Origin: Candidatus Thorarchaeota archaeon
Lineage (GTDB): Archaea > Asgardarchaeota > Thorarchaeia > Thorarchaeales > Thorarchaeaceae
Reading direction: 5' to 3'
Assembly: GCA_016933575.1 (NCBI GenBank)
Contig: JAFGAR010000172.1
Coordinates: forward strand, 1-33,995
Length of the DNA: 33,995 nucleotides
The position numbers and the translations under genes are program-made. The first letter of the stretch is position 1. Each line of letters starts with the position of its first letter. The notes beneath the pieces were generated by a model, which saw nothing but the letters and a program-made list of their open reading frames with translations, had not been told where the DNA came from and did not search any database. Shown here piece by piece: positions 31,724-33,995 of the stretch.

Positions 31724-33994
31724 CTACTTTCTCTGTTTTAGATCTTCAAATTCTTTCCAATCCATCAGTAGAGTGTCCATAGCCCAATGTGTTTCCCTAT
31801 GGCATCTTTTGCACAATGAAGTCCATTCCTCTGGGTTCAGCTTACTGAGGGATTTTTCAGCAGCAGTCAGGTAGTTACGATGTTTTCTTCCATCTTTTCT
31901 GTGAGTTACGAGAGTCTTCTCACTATAATGAACCCCACAAAAGAAACAAGTTTCGCCAAAGAGTAAGCGGCGAAGATCAACATCAACATCTAAATTGCCT
32001 TGTTTTATCTGTTGATACCTTTCTGAAACTTGTGCATTAGGATCTTGCTTGTAGAATTGTTTCTCTTTAGCTTCTTTTTTCTTATGATTTGACACATAAA
32101 TCCCTTTGATATCTTTATAGCTTAGTTTGAATGTATCCATCATCCAATGAACTCCTGGATGACATGAATGACAAAGACTAGCCCATTCGTCAGGTTTGAC
32201 TGTTCTTAGGAATCTCACTCTCCAGAGTATATCTCTCTCATGTTCTGTTCCATCTTTGCGATGAACTATTAGCGTCTTCTCCTCTTTACTCACTCCACAA
32301 ATCTTGCAGTTTACTCCAAAGAGCTTCTCTCTAAGTTCAATCGTTCGCCGCGCAATCTCTTTCTTCTTCTCTTCATTAGCAACTTTGCGTTTACTATCTG
32401 TTTCGAATTTTCTGATTTTGCTTGGCCATCCCATCTCTCTGAATATTCTTCTGATTGTGCTATCTGAGGCATTGAGTTCTTCAGCAACCTCTTCCTTGGT
32501 CAGCCCCTCCTCATAGTATAAACTAAACACTTTTTCGATGTCTGGAGGCTCCCTGTTTATACTGATACGTTTGGTTTCCCAACCTCGCTCTTTGAACGCT
32601 TTTCTTATTGTAGAAGCAGTCAACCCCACTATTTTTCCAATTCTACCAAGACTTAGACCATCTTCTGAATGCAATTTGTATATTTCATCATAATCGATTT
32701 TCTCATGATGTTTAACCTTCCACCCATTGTCTTTCAAAATTCGACGAATAGGTCTAACCGTCTTAAGACCTAATTTTTCAGCAGTTTCTCCCAAGGTTGA
32801 TTTGCCAATGATGTATAACTGATACACATCATAAGGATCAATTCTGCCTATCTTCTTTTTCAGTTTCTTTGGAGCAACAATTCTCTTAGGTTGTTTTTTC
32901 GTGGATCCCTCTGTTGATTTAGTCTTCTCAGATTTCTTTTTAGTAGTTTTTTTTCCTCTTGGCTTTATCTTCTCGGATTGTTTCGTTCTGGTTTTAACAG
33001 TTTTTTCAATTTTGGTATTCCTAGATTTCTCCTTTACTCTCATTTCCCTTATAGCTGCTGTACGTCTGGTTTCCCAGCCTCGCTCCTTCAATATACTACC
33101 AATTGTGTGTCTATCCATCTCAACAATCTTGGCAATCTCTTTCAGAGTCTTTCTTTCGTCATAGTATAACCTATAGATTTCATAGAGACTGACATCCTTT
33201 CTCTGAGATCCTCCCTGACGCGATATCCACCCCTGTTCTTTGAAGATTCGCTGAATTGCCTTGGTCGATTTAAAACCAAGATGTTTTCCAACTTCAAGCA
33301 TGGACAATCCTTCATCAAAATACAGTCTATGTACTTCTTCGACATCGATTTTTCCTTGCTTTGCTTTCTCAATAGATTTCTTCTTGGTACGATTTCTTGT
33401 TCGCTTAATCAGAACTGGAACATGTTCTCCCCGAAGCCATTTGATGATTTCACTAGCAGAGATTCTGTACTTCTCACTCAATTCCATTATCTGTTTCCGA
33501 CTGTAGATCTCACGACCGTTCCTGATTCTTTTCTGAATCTCGCCGCGTCTTCTCATCCCCATTATCTCGATCCAAGCAATAGCATCATCCCGTTCAAGAA
33601 CAAAGAGCCTATCTTCTCTCAGCTGAGGATTCTCTCTCATAATTTTTTCAAGTTCCTCACGAGATTGAGGTAGATTCTGTTCGTGATAGGCTCTGAGGAT
33701 CTCATCCCAGAGATAGAATGCCTCCAGGTCCAGTAACTTCTTGAGAGAGTACGGTTTGGACTCACCCTTGCTCCACTCCTGAGCAAGCTCAACATCGATT
33801 CCGAGTTCTTCTGCCAGCTCCTCAATGTTTCTTTCTGGCTCATCCTCAAGTCTATGTCGGAGATCCAGATAGGTGCGGAGCTCCTCCATGACCTCTTCGT
33901 CCTCGAGAAGTTCATCAAGACCGTGCTTTTTTGCAAGTTCCTCGAAGTCTTCGATTGTTTCTACTTCATCTCGAACACATTCTCTGAAATGCTC
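31724..33994 (-). CDS. large multi-HTH protein with two C-terminal HNH-like Zn modules (5'-partial, runs off the window)
   Basis: Frame stays open from 33889 to the window edge; five [IV]DxxE[IV]xxLY..G.[ST]..E[IV]A..LG....I..I.K..GW units plus two other HTH-like segments; two copies of LFGxxCxxC...EKTLxxHRKDG...PxEWxSLCxxCHxxxHW. Confidence 0.85.
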   Translation of the reverse strand, partial: EHFRECVRDEVETIEDFEELAKKHGLDELLEDEEVMEELRTYLDLRHRLEDEPERNIEELAEELGIDVELAQEWSKGESKPYSLKKLLDLEAFYLWDEILRAYHEQNLPQSREELEKIMRENPQLREDRLFVLERDDAIAWIEIMGMRRRGEIQKRIRNGREIYSRKQIMELSEKYRISASEIIKWLRGEHVPVLIKRTRNRTKKKSIEKAKQGKIDVEEVHRLYFDEGLSMLEVGKHLGFKSTKAIQRIFKEQGWISRQGGSQRKDVSLYEIYRLYYDERKTLKEIAKIVEMDRHTIGSILKERGWETRRTAAIREMRVKEKSRNTKIEKTVKTRTKQSEKIKPRGKKTTKKKSEKTKSTEGSTKKQPKRIVAPKKLKKKIGRIDPYDVYQLYIIGKSTLGETAEKLGLKTVRPIRRILKDNGWKVKHHEKIDYDEIYKLHSEDGLSLGRIGKIVGLTASTIRKAFKERGWETKRISINREPPDIEKVFSLYYEEGLTKEEVAEELNASDSTIRRIFREMGWPSKIRKFETDSKRKVANEEKKKEIARRTIELREKLFGVNCKICGVSKEEKTLIVHRKDGTEHERDILWRVRFLRTVKPDEWASLCHSCHPGVHWMMDTFKLSYKDIKGIYVSNHKKKEAKEKQFYKQDPNAQVSERYQQIKQGNLDVDVDLRRLLFGETCFFCGVHYSEKTLVTHRKDGRKHRNYLTAAEKSLSKLNPEEWTSLCKRCHRETHWAMDTLLMDWKEFEDLKQRK

Positions 33995-33995
33995 C

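Noticed and set aside
12279-33936. Numerous 60-170 aa antisense or out-of-frame ORFs (e.g. 12279-12791, 14749-15042, 18755-19072, 20823-21233, 33281-33673)
   Set aside because: Shadows of well-supported genes with no independent motifs
1-33995. CRISPR array, integrase, transposase or provirus
   Set aside because: No regularly spaced repeats and no recombinase, transposase or capsid-like ORFs seen; only att-like scars

Overview
Archaeal chromosomal window, most consistent with an Asgard archaeon such as Thorarchaeia. That assignment is an inference from the archaeal TATA/BRE promoters, BHB-intron tRNAs with encoded CCA, eL38 together with SepF, and many secreted peptidases. About 1-13.2 kb is a variable region containing tRNA-Phe, an intron-containing tRNA-Ala, redox genes, an M23 peptidase bracketed by a tRNA 3'-end repeat, a 1509-aa S8 subtilase with six DxDxDG-type modules, a gluzincin and small membrane proteins. 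About 13.3-31.4 kb is the conserved archaeal information-processing neighbourhood: eL37, Lsm, PUA protein, a divergent wHTH-fused Ski2/Hel308-like helicase, SepF, FttA, PsmB, SlyD, HemK-like MTase, KsgA, DUF655, Rpo4, eL21, Pus10, GGR, Pth2, TruD, NusA-like protein, Alba, a second beta-CASP nuclease and eL38. The right end holds an orphan tRNA 3' fragment with a half-BHB signature, an intron-containing tRNA-Val(CAC), and a 5'-truncated protein with at least 7 HTH units and two tandem HNH-like Zn modules. I saw no CRISPR array, integrase or transposase. All family calls are from motif recognition by eye; no database search was run.
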